Part shown: piece after piece, positions 39,955 through 54,104 of the stretch
How positions within the stretch are numbered: position 1 is the first letter of the stretch
Layout of the letters: the number at the start of each line of letters is the position of its first letter
Assembly: GCA_951406725.2 (NCBI GenBank)
Contig: OX597817.1
Span: forward strand, 159,216,001 to 159,280,000
Length of the DNA: 64,000 nt
From: Octopus vulgaris
Taxonomy: Eukaryota
Direction: 5' to 3'
The notes under the pieces: model-generated
Databases searched by the model: none
Seen by the model: only the letters and a program-made list of their open reading frames with translations
What the model was told of the DNA's origin: nothing
Position numbers and translations under genes: made by a program

Positions 39955-40097
39955 GCCGTCAACACCGTCACCATCATCACCGTCACCACCGACAACAGCA
40001 ACAGCAACAGCAACAATACCAATAATAACATCAACAACATCGTCGAGAACATCCAGATCCACAACAACGACAGCAACAGCAGCAGTAGCAGTAACAA

Positions 40098-40180
<83 letters not shown>

Positions 40181-40255
40181 ATGGTGGTGGTGGTGGTGTT
40201 GTTGTTGTTGGTGGTGGTGGTAGTGGTAGTGGTAGTAGTAGTAGTAGTGGTGGTG

Positions 40256-40299
<44 letters not shown>

Positions 40300-40447
40300 G
40301 GTGGTGGTGGTGGTGGTGGTGGTGGTGGTGGTGGTGGTGGTGGTAGTAGTAGTACTAGTAGTTGTAGTAGTAATGGTGGTGGTGGTGGTGTTGTTGTTGG
40401 TGGTGGTGGTGGTAGTGGTAGTGGTAGTAGTAGTAGTAGTGGTGGTG

Positions 40448-40494
<47 letters not shown>

Positions 40495-40915
40495 GGTGGT
40501 GGTGGTGGTAGTAGTAGTAGTAGTAGTTGTAGTAGTAGTAGTAGTGGTGGTGGTGGTGGTAGTAGTAGTAGTAGTGTTTTCAAACAACAATATGAAAAAA
40601 AAAAACAACAGCTGCATAAGCAAAGCTTTTCGACAGTAACAGCAACAATTGCAAGAAAAACAAAAAATTGCTACTACTACTACAACTACAACTACTGCTG
40701 CTGCTGCTGCTACTACTACTACTACTACTACTACTAATCGTGCTACAACTGCTATTCCTACAGATACTCTGCTACTGCTCTTGCTACTTCTACTATTACT
40801 ATAGATGCACTAATACTACAACTACCACAACAAGAACAACAACAACTACTACTACCACTACAACAAAACACTACTACTACTACTACTACTACAACAAAAC
40901 ACTACTACTACTACT
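39955..40915. repeat. Compound trinucleotide region (CAA/CAG, GTA/GTG, CTA)
   Basis: Seen directly. Confidence 0.93.
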
Positions 40916-41058
40916 GTGGTAGTATGCCATGCCTTCCTTTTCAGGGCCATGACATACTTCAGCACTCACAATAGTTACTAACCTTTTTTCTATTCAGCAA
41001 AGCTCGCATGAGAGTCTCCACAATGGAGTATTGATACTTTATATGAGATGGCACTGCT

Positions 41059-41114
<56 letters not shown>

Positions 41115-41363
41115 GTTATAGGCTTTCTTGACCCAATCCAAAGAGAGACGTGCCCCCATCCCGAACACCACTTCTAACTGGGATGAAGTCGTGCACCAAA
41201 TGTATCGCTAACTTGTTGCTTACAAACGTACTGTCTTCCCATCTCTTGCCATTTTCTACCGTGTAAGATCGCATCCTTTGCACCCCAGGATTGTCTTGTC
41301 TCTGCTACCTTACTCTCCTGAACTTCCGACTCACTCATCTCTTCTCTTTTCCTTCATTCGTAT

Positions 41364-41736
41364 TGTGGAGGCGCAATGGCCCAGTGGTTAGGGCAGCGGA
41401 CTCGCGGTTTCGATTCCCAGACCGGGCGTTGTGAGTGTTTATTGAGCGAAAACACCTAAAGCTCCACGATGGCTCCGGCAGGGGATGGTGGTGATCCCTG
41501 CTGTACTCTTTCACCACAACTTTCTCTAACTCTTACTTCCTGTTTCTGTTGTACCTGTATTTCAAAGGGCCGGCCTTGTCACTCTCTGTGTCACGCTGAA
41601 TATCCCCAAGAACTACGTTAAGGGTACACGTGTCTGTGGAGTGCTCAACCACTTACACGTTAATTTCACGAGCAGGCTGTTCCGTTGATTCGGATCAACC
41701 GGAACCCTCATCGTCGTAACCGACGGAGTGCTTCCA
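41364..41736 (+). mobile_element. SINE family B, small head deletion
   Basis: Family match. Confidence 0.9.
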
Positions 41737-42111
41737 TAATCCATCCATTCTGTGAACGAGCACCCAACCTCCGTACTAATCGCTTCATTCAGAGTTTCTT
41801 CATTAAAACGTATCAGATTTGATGACAGATAAAACGAACTTCTTTTTCCCCAAGAAAGAAAATACGTTTGCAAAAAACATCACGCCGGATCCTACATGCA
41901 AAGCTGAGCCTCCCATAAGCAATTATTACATGCTTTAATACACTAAAAGCTATTTTACAGACTTTTCGCTGCTGAAATCGGGGTGCTTCTAACATGACTA
42001 TACGTGTCTTAGGCCATCAAATACAATAAAACCCTTTGCAGTTCCACTCCTTTTCTATATTTTCCCAGCTGCTCTTCTACCTGCAACAGTTCCAGAGTAA
42101 TGTTAACTGTA

Positions 42112-42281
42112 GGCGTAGGAGTGGCTGTGTGGAAAGTAGCTTGCTTACCAACCACACGGTTCCAGGTTCAGTCTCACTGCGTGGCACCTTGGGCAAGTGT
42201 CTTCTACTATAGCCTCGGGCCGACCGAAGCCTTGTGAGTGGATTTGGTAGACGGAAACTGAAAGAAGCCCGTCGTGTATAT

Positions 42282-42324
<43 letters not shown>

Positions 42325-42666
42325 TGTGTTAGTGTGTCTGTATTTGTCCCCCCAACATCGCTTGACAACCGATGCTGGTGTGTTTGTGTCCCCACGGAAA
42401 CTGAAAGAAGCCTGTCGTATATATGTATACATGTATGTGTGTGTATATGTTTGTGTGTCTGTGTTTGTCCCTCCCCCAACATCGCTTGACAACCGATGCT
42501 GATGTGTTTACGTCCCCGTAACCTAGCGGTTCGGCAAAAGAGACCGATAGAATAAGTACTCGGCTTACAAAGATTAAGTCCTGGGGTCGATTTGCTCGAC
42601 TAAATGTGGTGCTCCAGCATGGCCGCAGTCAAATGACTGAAACAAGTAAAAGAGTAAAAGAGAGTA
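42112..42666 (+). mobile_element. SINE family A with duplicated microsatellite-containing middle segment
   Basis: CGGAAACTGAAAGAAG...CAACCGATGCTG occurs twice. Confidence 0.88.
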
Positions 42667-43151
42667 AATAAATACAAGACATTTTGTTTTCGGACACCCT
42701 AATGATTCTCTCAAAATGACGTATGACCATTTTTCCTAATTAATCAACGGTTGAAAAACGGTATTTATCATCTTTGCAGGCTCTCCAAAACTGGTTCGAC
42801 CAATATTGTTGACATTCATCTGGTGATCGATGTCTGTTGCAGCAAAGTTGGGCAGAGGGGGAGGGATATTAAAGAAGGTTTTTATCTAAAGGGGCGAAGA
42901 TTTGGTAAGGTGATGGATCTGGGAGGTGAAACATATTAATAGGGATGAGAGAAAGACGGGGACGTATGCAATGTGAGTCTGAATGGAAAGTATGCACAAA
43001 CAACTCGTTCAGAGAAGGAGAGATCGTTACAACTACCGTAGAAACAGATGAAAAATGTGCTTGAGCGAATGAATGGAATTTTATAACTTAGTGAGCTTCA
43101 AGTAAAAATATGTGCACTAGAAATATGAAAAGAGTGTCGGTTTGATTAAAC

Positions 43152-43846
43152 CCTAGTTTCTCAACCGAACTCCATATGGCCTCTGGAAGTCCATGTAAGA
43201 ATAAATTGCAGATCCACAGTAGTATTTTCAGTGTCCATGTAAAGTTTCTTTTTCTCTGTAAAAATGCATGTATTGCAAAAAAATTTTTGGTGAAGATTTT
43301 CGAAAAATTTTTGGGTAAAATTTTCGATGAAAATTTTCGAAAAAGTTTTGGGTAAAATTTTCGGTGAAAAATTGTTGGTGAAACATTTTGGGTAAAATTT
43401 TCGCCAAACATTTTGTTTCTCTGACGTTTTATATATATTTCGTTATTGCCCACAAGGGGCTAAACATAGAGGGGACAAACAAGGACAGACAAAGGAATTC
43501 AGTCGATTACATCGACCCCAGTGCGTAACTGGTAATTATTTAATCGATCCAGAAAGGATGAAAGGCAAAGTCGACCTCGGCGGAATTTGAACTCAGAACG
43601 TAACGGCAGATGAAATACGGCTACGCATTTCGCCCGGCGTGCTAACGGTTCTGCCAGCTCACCGCCTTCTGGCGTTTTATATAGTTTAACCTACACAAGT
43701 GAATGAGTGAAAAACAAACTAGGGACTTTGAAAGAAATATCAGTAAAAGTAGTTTTTAAACATCGAATGGCTGTGGGGGGAGGGGGTCCACCAGAATAAA
43801 ATAATAATCAAAGGGTCCGTAGATAAAAATTGGCTGAGAACCACTG
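43152..43846. mobile_element. hAT-like MITE containing a family C SINE (43436-43668, minus) and a degenerate AAAATTTT repeat
   Basis: Ends ...TTTCTCAACC and GGCTGAGAACCACTG. Confidence 0.6.
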
Positions 43847-44039
43847 ATCCGATGACACACAGACGGTGATACCTGAACAAGGTCTAGTTTGGGATAGGAA
43901 GATGTCAAAGATGTCAGTAATGCCAGGGTGCCGGTTAACGATACGGAATTAGGGAGATGTTAACTGATGCTGACAGTTCAGAAGGGCAAATAATTCGATG
44001 TCTGCACCAGAAACGTCGGTGTAAGAGAAGCACAACTAT

Positions 44040-44509
44040 GTGGAGGCGCAATGGCCCAGTGGTTAGGATTGCGGACTAGCGGTCGTAAGAACGCGGTTTC
44101 GAATTTTAAGTGTATATTGAGCAAAAACACCTAAGCTCCACAAGGTTCCGGCGGGGTGGGTGGTGAACCCCGCTGTACTCTTTCACCACAACTTTCTCTC
44201 ACTCTTTCTTCCTACTTCTGCCACAAAGCAGAGGAACCATGGTGTAACCCACTATGGTGTGGTAAAACTTTCAGACCCTAGTCTAGATTGCGAATCCTCT
44301 GTACCCCAGGATGGTTCAGCTCTCCACCCGTTAAAAGCCACCGTTTACGGAATGAGGATAACAACGTAGCTTCCGCGCCCGTGCAACCGCCAGTCTATTG
44401 CGTGTGGTGGGTGGATCTTCAAGTTGCCACATGCATTCTTAGTAGCTTAGAGTAGGCTCGAATTAGAGATTATTCTTTGTGGCTAATGGCGTGAGTCCTG
44501 ATTGGAAGA
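44040..44509 (+). mobile_element. Chimeric retroposon: family B head plus unrelated 3' segment with (AAG) tail
   Basis: TSD AGAAGCACAACTAT on both sides. Confidence 0.7.
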
Positions 44510-45032
44510 AGAAGCACAACTATTAAAAGGATAGTAGAAAACAATAACTTTAGAGCCATTCAATATCTAAAAACTGCTATTATATTTTTGCAATTAAATA
44601 TTATTAGGAATTGTATAAGAGATTGTTAAAATATTTTGTGTATTGTGGAAGTATAAACCGTTTATTGTAAATAAATTTTAACAACGAAATCTTATGTGGA
44701 CCCTCCAAGGGCTATATGGACTTCCAAGAGCCATATGGACCCCGGTTAAAAACCACTGAAGACATGGCTGGCGACAGTTAAGGCGAACATTGAAACACAA
44801 TAGGGCCTCCGCATCTGTAATCTTCGGCTGTGGAACTGGAAGTGGGTATCCATTATAGCCTCGACTGTGGTCGAATATCAGATATGGTCAGCTTTCGTGA
44901 GGGACGTGGTAAATTCGTTGGTCGGAGCCGGCTCAACCTAACTCGAGTGAATGCCACAGCAATTTCAAGTATAAGAATATCCATAAAGGAGAGACATATT
45001 TTAAGTAGACTGACCTTGTTTTATATATATAT

Positions 45033-45497
45033 ACTACCAGATAAGCCCGATTTCACCCGGTCTGTTTGGATGATGTGGCTGTGATCGTTTTCGGTTAGGT
45101 ATAATCTATAACAGCTTTTGCCAACCTTATCATTTCGGGTCCCCTGTTTCGATTGGAGCCTCCAGCTATATGAAAATTTCCTGACCCCACCCTGTCAGAA
45201 AACAGCTTCTAAGCAACTGGTTGTTTTAATAGCAGAAGGAATGATTGATTGATTCTAGTTTCAGCTCACGAGCTATGGCCATGCTGGGGCACCGCCGAGG
45301 AAATTCCATTAGAAAAAGTTTTAATTGATTTTCTCGGTAAGTATGGGGATTATGAAAAAAAATACAAACTGCATTCCAATCTATGCACCTGTCTCCACAT
45401 GTGTGCCATTTTTCATACGAATCCACCCAGCCGTTTGGCTGTGAACCTCAAGACAAGAGAGAATACAACGATCGCCCATGTCCAATTTATATTTACA
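45033..45497 (-). mobile_element. Short non-autonomous Helitron-like element
   Basis: ACTAC (degenerate CTAG end) with adjacent CCG...CGG hairpin; other end ...GAATCCACCCAGCCGTTT...TTTATAT resembles Helitron 5' ends read in reverse. Confidence 0.45.
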
Positions 45498-45983
45498 CTA
45501 TGCAACACGATATTTGCCCTTGGGTAGCTTACAACCAGAAAGTATGAAAAATGCCTAATATTTCTTTCAAACTTTGCTATTGTTGCATGTACTCAAACCC
45601 CAGAAAATCCCTCTCACGACATGGTTATGATGCCTCCCCACCCACTAGTCCTGTTCATGGTTAGAGATGCACATATTGTCAGTCACTAAGGGACATGATC
45701 AAGTGGTTATGATCAAGCAGCTGACAGGCAAATCCGTGGTATTGAGCAGAATATTCGTTATAGCAATATTTCTGCTTCAGCAACTCAGAGCTGAATCTGT
45801 CTGAAATGAAATAGAAAATTGTCCAAGAAACAAAAGCAAAATTTGAAAGGTATAGTAGTCATTTCTTAGGTTTCTAGATAAAAAGAAATAGGAAATAAGA
45901 CTTTCTGACCAAAGACAAAAAAAAAATGGAAGAAAGAAATCGTTACGCAGTGTCATATTTCAGTCAAAAGGGAAGGTAATACC

Positions 45984-46585
45984 TATTTCTTTACTACCCA
46001 CAAGGAGCTAAACACAGAGAGGATAAACAAGGATAGACAAACGGATTAAGTCGATTATATCGACCCCAGTGTGTAACTGATACTTATTTAATCGACCCCG
46101 AAAGGATGAATGGCAAAGTCGACCTCGGCGGAATTTGAACTCAGAACGTAGCGGCAGACGAAATACCTATTTCTTTATTACCCACAAGGGGCTAAACATA
46201 GAGAGGACAAACAAGGACAGACAAACGGATTAAGTCGATTATATCGACCCCAGTGTGTAACTGGTACTTATTTAATCGACCCCGAAAGGATGAATGGCAA
46301 AGTCGACCTCGGCGGAATTTGAACTCAGAACGTAGCAGCAGACGAAATACCTATTTCTTTATTACCCACAAGGGGCTAAACATAGAGGGGACAAACAAGG
46401 ACAGACATAGGCATTAAGTCGATACATCGACCCCCAGTGCGTAACTGGTACTTAATTTATCGACTCCGAAAGGATGACTGGCAAAGTCGACCTCGGCGGA
46501 ATTTGAACTCAGAACGTAGCGGCAGACGAAATACCGCTAAGCATTTCGCCCAGCGTGTTAACGATTCTGCCAGCTCGCCGCCTTA
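45984..46585 (-). mobile_element. SINE family C trimer
   Basis: Three units bounded by one TSD, AAGGGAAGGTAATACC. Confidence 0.9.
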
Positions 46586-47142
46586 AGGGAAGGTAATACC
46601 ATTCCCATTTATTAAAGGGCCACCAAAATTGTTAAGAAGGAAGAAGACATGGAGGAAAGTATCCTCAAGCCGGATGCCTGACTCGAATGCTTACAACAGA
46701 GTGGACTCCGCTAAAAGCACTCAAGGGGCTATGAGGTGGAGTTGAACTGAGTGACAGATTAAATAGAACAGCCATTTGATATCATGCTTGGCTGTTTGAA
46801 ATAATTTTCATGATAAAGAGAAAGAGGAACTTGTTTGTCAACCGTGAATTGCCGTTAATAATTACATCAATTCACGAGAGTAACCCAGGTGGTAGTCAAT
46901 GGCTACCAGTGTATTTCTTAAAATTCTGTTTTCAGGTGCATCAAACATGAACTGCAGGAAAAAGAGTGTCTGGTTATATGTCTATTGTAATAAGGCGGCG
47001 AGCAGTGACACTATCTAAGAAAATCTGAAGAAGGAATATTATTCCGAAATATTATCAGACAATGGATAACTAAATTACAACAGGTATATAGCCCATTGTC
47101 TGTATTATAGTGCATTATTGTACCATTCAAAACATTTTATTG

Positions 47143-47190
<48 letters not shown>

Positions 47191-47193
<3 letters not shown>

Positions 47194-47528
47194 TAGTTTT
47201 ATTTCTTATAGCGTGCTTTCATTTCACTACCGAGCGCAGCTCTGTGTGCCTTGGGTATGTGCTGTGATTTGTTGTGATGCTCTGATGGTTATTGTATGGA
47301 AAGTGTTCTGCGTAGGATGTGTGCAGTGCCTAGTAGTGCAATTTTCTGTATGTTATATGTGTTTGTAAGTCCTGGTGTTTTTGTTATGTATTTGTCTGAA
47401 TATTTTTTTATCATGCCTAATGCACCTACTATGATAGGAATTGTTTCTGTTTTTAGATTCCACATTCTGGTTACCTCCATTTCCAGGTCTTTGTATTTTG
47501 AAAGTTTCTCCATTTCTTTTAGAGACAC

Positions 47529-47530
<2 letters not shown>
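47191..47530 (-). mobile_element. Dong/R4-clade LINE 3' end (restriction-like endonuclease C-terminus plus 3' UTR)
   Basis: EKLSKYKDLEMEVTRMWNLKTETIPIIVGALG...IQKIALLGTAHILRRTL; flanked by (TAA)n, the known Dong target. Confidence 0.85.
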
Positions 47531-47580
<50 letters not shown>

Positions 47581-47583
47581 GTA

Positions 47584-47627
<44 letters not shown>

Positions 47628-47629
47628 GG

Positions 47630-47880
47630 TAAGGCGGCGAGGTTGCAGAAACGTTAGCACGCCGGGTGAAATGCGTAGCCGTATTTCGTCTGCCGTTACG
47701 TTGAGTTCAAATTCCGCCGAGGTCGATTTTGCCTTTCATCCTTTCGGGGTCGATAAATTAAGTACCAGTTACGCACTGGCGTCGATGTAATCGACTTAAT
47801 CCCTTTGTCTGTCCTTGTTTGTCCCCTCTATGTTTCGCCCCTTGTGGGTAATAAAGAAATAAGAAACGTTAGCACGCCAG
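47630..47880 (+). mobile_element. SINE family C
   Basis: One unit plus the start of a second. Confidence 0.85.
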
Positions 47881-48277
47881 GACGGAAGGAGAAAGAGTTG
47901 AAAAGACGGAGAGCATGGTTAGTGTCGTGGATGTGGGAGGGGAGAGAAGCCACTAGTGGGGCAAGGACACAGTCGAGGTATTTCGAGATCAGTTCCGTGG
48001 GGCAGTTACTGGCGGAGACGATGGGGCGGCCAGAGTTGTTGGGCTTGTGGATTTTGGGAAGGAAGTATATGATGAGGGTGCGTAGGGTGCGGACAATGAG
48101 GTTGGAGACGGTAGGAGGGACACGGGAGGAGGAGATGAAGTCATGGACAGTGGAGGAAACAGTCTGTTGATAGCTAGGTGTGGGGTTGGAGAGCAGAGGG
48201 CAATAGAAGGAGGTGTCTTGAAGTTGGTGGAGAGCTTCAGACTCGTAGAGGTCCGTGCATCACACCACCAAGGCTCC
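47881..48277 (-). mobile_element. Penelope-like element reverse transcriptase fragment
   Basis: Minus strand reads IYFLPKIHKPNNSGRPIVSASNCPTELISKYLD...LPSHIHDTNHAL. Confidence 0.85.
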
Positions 48278-49315
48278 ACATACATACATACATACATACA
48301 TACACACACACACACGCACGCATGCATACATACATACATACATACATACATACATACATACATACATACATACATACATACATACATACATGCATATTTA
48401 CATACATACATACATACATACATGCATATCTACATACATACATACATACATACATACATACATAAATACATACATACATACATACATACATACACACACA
48501 CACACGCATGCATACATACATACATACATACATACATACACACACACACACGCATGCATACATACATACATACATACATACATACATACATACATACATA
48601 CATGTATATCTACATACATACATACATACATACATAAATACATACATACATACATACATACATACATACATACGTACATACATACATAAATACATACATA
48701 CATACATACATAAATACATACATACATGCATATCTACATACATACATACATACATACATACATACATACATGCATATCTACATACATACATAAATACATG
48801 GATACATACATACATACATACATACATAAATACATACATACATACATACATACATAAATACATACATACATGCATACATACATACATACATACATACATA
48901 CATAAATACATACATACATACATACATACATACATACATACATACATACATACATACATACATACATACATACACACACATACATACATACATACATACA
49001 TACACATGCATACATACATACATACATGCATACATACATACATACATACATAAATACATACATACATGCATACATACATACATACATACATACATACATA
49101 CATACATACATACATACATACATACATACATACATACATACATACATACATACATACATACATACATACATACATACATGCATACATACATACATACATA
49201 CATACATACATACATACATACATAAATACATACATACATACATACATACATACATACATACATACATACATACATACATACATACATACATACATACATA
49301 CATACATACATACAT
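48278..49315. repeat. (CATA)n, ~1 kb
   Basis: Seen directly. Confidence 0.97.
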
Positions 49316-51835
49316 GGTGGTTGTCTACTCCTTATGCAGAGTTTGACCACCTCCTGTATCTACACTTTAGCCCCATCATGGCATCTGATGTGGTTTTTTA
49401 AACCAGACAATATTCTGAAAAGACACCCACACAGATTGCATATCCGATTTGGACCACTAAGAGCTGCAGATAAGTTCTGATCTTTGTGGATCTTAAAAAG
49501 TCTATTGAGTCCTCCGTTGAATTTGCAGACCTTCTAGCATACACTGCATTCAAAGGTGTGCACAGACATATAGGTAGAATAGTTGGTGGAGGTTCATTTT
49601 CGATGGGTTCGCAGATGAGATTTGGCCCAGCAAAGGACAGGCATGGTCTGTCAGAGACTGTGCACACAAAAAGGTCATTGTCATTCACCTTCTCGATCGT
49701 TGCATTCTTCCTTGGATTTCTTTTGAGTCTTACATGCGTTATCCTGGTCTCTTCAAATGCTTTCACTCCACTCCATACTTTTGTTCGCCATCCAGCTCCA
49801 TCCGAAGCAAGGGTCTCTATGTCTTCTGGATCCATTCCAAGTTATTTTATAGTAGTCCTTGTGCAGTCCTTAAACCGTTACTTAGGTTTATGCCGATAGC
49901 GTTTCCCCTCTGCAAGCTCACCATAAAACAGCTGTTTCGGCATGCGTTAATCTGCCATTCGAACAATATGGCCACACCATCTCATTTGGTTCCTCAAAAT
50001 CATAGCTTTAATTGTGGTAATGCCTGCAGATGCAAGGACATTTGTGTTTGGAGTAAAAGAACTTCATTTAATTTTTAAAATGCGATGAAGGCATTTTTGG
50101 TGGAATTGTATCGCTTATTTGTATGTCGCTTTTGCTGCCCTTTGAATTCGCAGCCGTGTTTCTGTATCAAGATTTCCATTATTTTGAACAGAGCTTCCAA
50201 GGTAGATGAACGAATCGACAACCTCAAGTAACTTACCCTTAACAAAAATTTTAGGCGGGGCTACAAACAGCACCACACGCAGGTTGATGCATTACAACTG
50301 TTTTTTTTTTTTTTTTTCAAGTTGATGGTTAAGCCAAAATCATCACAAGCCGAGTCAGATGCAGATACAAGAGATTGCAGACCTGTTTCAGAATGACTGA
50401 CAAGATCGCAATCGTCAGCGTACAAAAGTTCCCTAATGAGTGAAGTAAAAACCTTCGTTTTGAATTTCAGTTTGGTTAGATTAAAAACATTCACTGTTGT
50501 TCGATATTTTATGTAAATGCCCTCCTCAGAATTTTGAAAAGCATGTGACAACATGCAAAGTATATTGCAAAGAGGGTGGGTGCATCAAGGTCTCCATTTT
50601 CCATGGCAAAAGACCCAGAAAGCCTACCACCAAAATTAACTCTAGCTTTCATATCTTAATGCAAAAACCTGATCATGTTTACAAATTTTTCTGGGCAACC
50701 TATTTTCCTTAGAATTAGCCACAGAGCATTTCGATTAACAGTATCGAATGCTTTGTTCAAATCAACAAAACAATGGTATAGAGCAAGATTCTGTTCAACG
50801 CACTTTTCTTGTAATTGTCTGACAGTAAAGATACAATCAGTTGTGTCCCTGGAGGAACGTTAACCACACTGAAACTCAGACACTGTATTTGGAACTATAA
50901 ATGTATTTAAACTTTCTAACAAAATGCGGGCAAGTACCTTTCCAACCACAGATAAAAGCAAAATCCCACGAAAATTACCACACAGATCCTCTGGCCCCGA
51001 TTTATACAAGGAGACTAAAATGGCATCAATCCAGTCTTGAGGCAATTTTTCAGTTCTCCAACAGTGACAAATTAATGTATTTAAGAGTTCAAACATTTTG
51101 TCATTCCCATATTTCAAGACTTCTGCACAGGTTCCATCAGACCCTGGAGACTTATTCAGCTTATACACAGCTAAATAAATGTTATTTAGAGTTGGGTCAA
51201 ATGCCATCTCTTCTATAACTGGGTGTTCGATTTTTCTATCGTCCTCATGTCAGCGGATGATGATCTGTTCAAAAGTACAGAAAAATGTTCTACCCAGCGC
51301 TAACGAATAGAAGCGGTGTCAGTCAGATGCAAACGTCCATTTACTGTTCTCACTGCAGCTATTGAAGAAGATTTGGGGCTATATACCTCCTTAACATATG
51401 AGTACAAACCCTTTGCATCATTTCTGTGGGCTGCTTCTTGTGCCCCTTTTGCTCTATCATTCCACCATTCCTGTTTAACTTTCCTTAAAGCAGTCTGCAC
51501 TTACCTTTTCAGCTTTCTGTAAGCTTCGTTTGAGTTGGTGTTTAAGGACTGAGAAGGAAGTGTATTGCCTAAGTTTTGTTTTCCTAAAAGTAGATCATGA
51601 ATTTCTGCTGATCTATCTGAGAACCAGTCACTGGACTTATGTGATTTAAATCCTGCTGACGAACTTGCAGCCTGAAATACTTTTGCTTTGAAATCTTCCC
51701 ATAGATTGTTTGGGTCAAGATTGATACTTTCTATAGCATCGTGGAATCTTTGCAAGTTGCTTGATAATTTAAAGTTTGCAACATTTAACATTTTGGGTAC
51801 CTTAGGACCAGACTGTCGATTTTTAGGCATTATCG
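49316..51835 (-). mobile_element. RTE/BovB-like LINE, 5'-truncated, decayed RT ORF
   Basis: KSPGSDG, LPQDWIDAILVSLYK, CGNFRGILLLSVVGKVLARILL, IRELLYADDC, WRTKVWSGVKAFEE; many stops and frameshifts. Confidence 0.92.
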
Positions 51836-51914
51836 AATACATGTATGTATGTATATATGTACGTATATATGTATGTATATGTATGTATGTATGTACTATG
51901 TATGTATGTATGTA

Positions 51915-52322
51915 TACTCTTTACTCTTTTACTTGTTTCAGTCATTTGACTGCGGCCATGCTGGTGCACCGCCTTTTAGTCGAGAAAATCGACCCCAGGA
52001 CTTATTCTTTGTAAGCCTAGTACTTATTCTATCAGTCCCTTTTGCCGAACCGCTAAGTTACGGGAACGTAAACACACCAGCATCGGTTGTCAAGCGATGT
52101 TGGGGGGACAAAGGGGACAAACATAGACACACACACACACACACATATTATATATATATACGTATATACGACGGGCTTCTTTCAGTTTCCGTCTACCAAA
52201 TCCACTCACAAGGATTTGGTCGGCCCGAGGCTATAGTAGAAGACACTTGCTCAAGGCGTCACGCAGTGGGACTGAACACGGAACCATGTGGTTAGTAAGC
52301 AAGCTACTAACACTCCTGCGCC
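51915..52322 (-). mobile_element. SINE family A
   Basis: Family match. Confidence 0.88.
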
Positions 52323-52677
52323 TATATGTGTATGTGTATGTATGCATGCATGTTTAAAACGCTTCAGATTTCGATAAAACAAAGTTTTATTTAGTTTCAT
52401 ATTGAATGTTTTGAAGAGAAATATTGCTGACATTCACAAAACAGCGGTAGTAGTGACCTCTAAGTTGAATTAAGTACATTTCGAATGTTTTTTCTTCTTC
52501 TTTCAACCAATCCTTGGTGAGTACAGCTTAACATTACTGTTTTTCGTATTTCCACAGTGTGTGCAGGTGTGTGCGTGTCTCTGTGTGTGCCAGAATGGAT
52601 AAAACGCACACACACACACATACACGCATGCACACACACACACATACACGCATGCACACACACATAACACCCGAGCA

Positions 52678-53069
<392 letters not shown>

Positions 53070-53476
53070 TAACCTAATTGACCATACCCATTACATTTGT
53101 TGTGCTGTGACGTTTGAAAACCTCAATCGAAGATCAAACTTTCATAAAATTTCCTTTTTCTTTTTTTTCTTTTTTCTTTTTTCTTTTTTTTTTTTTTTCT
53201 TTTTTTTCTTTTTTCTGTTTTTTTTTTCTTACTTCTCCGTTTCGATTTCTGAAACACAACTCAATTTAAAATTTTAAAACCAAAACAATAACAAACAAAC
53301 AAACAAATAAACAAACGAACTACCGAACAACAAACGAAGACGAGCAACAACAACAACAACAAATACACAAGCTAACTAACAAAAGAAACAAAACTTGTAT
53401 TGACATTCTCCTCCGTGTTATTCATAATATAACGGACAGCACAGTATAATATTAAAATTGGAACACTGTATAATGT

Positions 53477-53545
<69 letters not shown>

Positions 53546-53559
53546 GAGAGAGAAAGAGT

Positions 53560-53604
<45 letters not shown>

Positions 53605-54104
53605 TTATAGAGAGGGGGAGATTCGCTCTTCTGCCGACCATATATCAAAGTAAAATATGTCAGATGTCGTTAACATTTGCTTACTCAAGTCTTTTCATCT
53701 TTATGGAGATTTATATACGAAGTACAACAAAACTGAGCATCGATCATACGGTGTGGCATCGTATTCATCACGAAGGAAAAGCTTTGTCTTCCATTTTTTT
53801 TTTTTAGAGTATGTCAAATATAAGACTATATGTGTGTGTGTGTGTAGTGCGTACACATACGTATATGCTTGTATTATATATTATCATAAGAGATATATGT
53901 AGTATATGTGCGTGTGTGCGTGTGTGTGTTTATGTATTATGTATGTACACAGTTTTTTATGTGTACCAAAACCTCCACAGCATGATGGGATAATTTTCGT
54001 ATGTATTTATATAAGCGTATGCCGTATGCGTTTGCATGAGTGCCTGCTTATAGTTATGTAACTGTACATACACACGTGTGTGTGTGTGTGTGTGTATTGT
54101 TTAC

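Noticed and set aside
39322-40922. 406-aa Val-rich and 248-aa Thr-rich ORFs; poly-Ser ORF at 30205-30648
   Set aside because: Trinucleotide repeats with no flanking coding complexity or splice context; not credible mucin-like genes
49316-51835. Active reverse transcriptase
   Set aside because: Multiple stops and frameshifts, and no endonuclease domain
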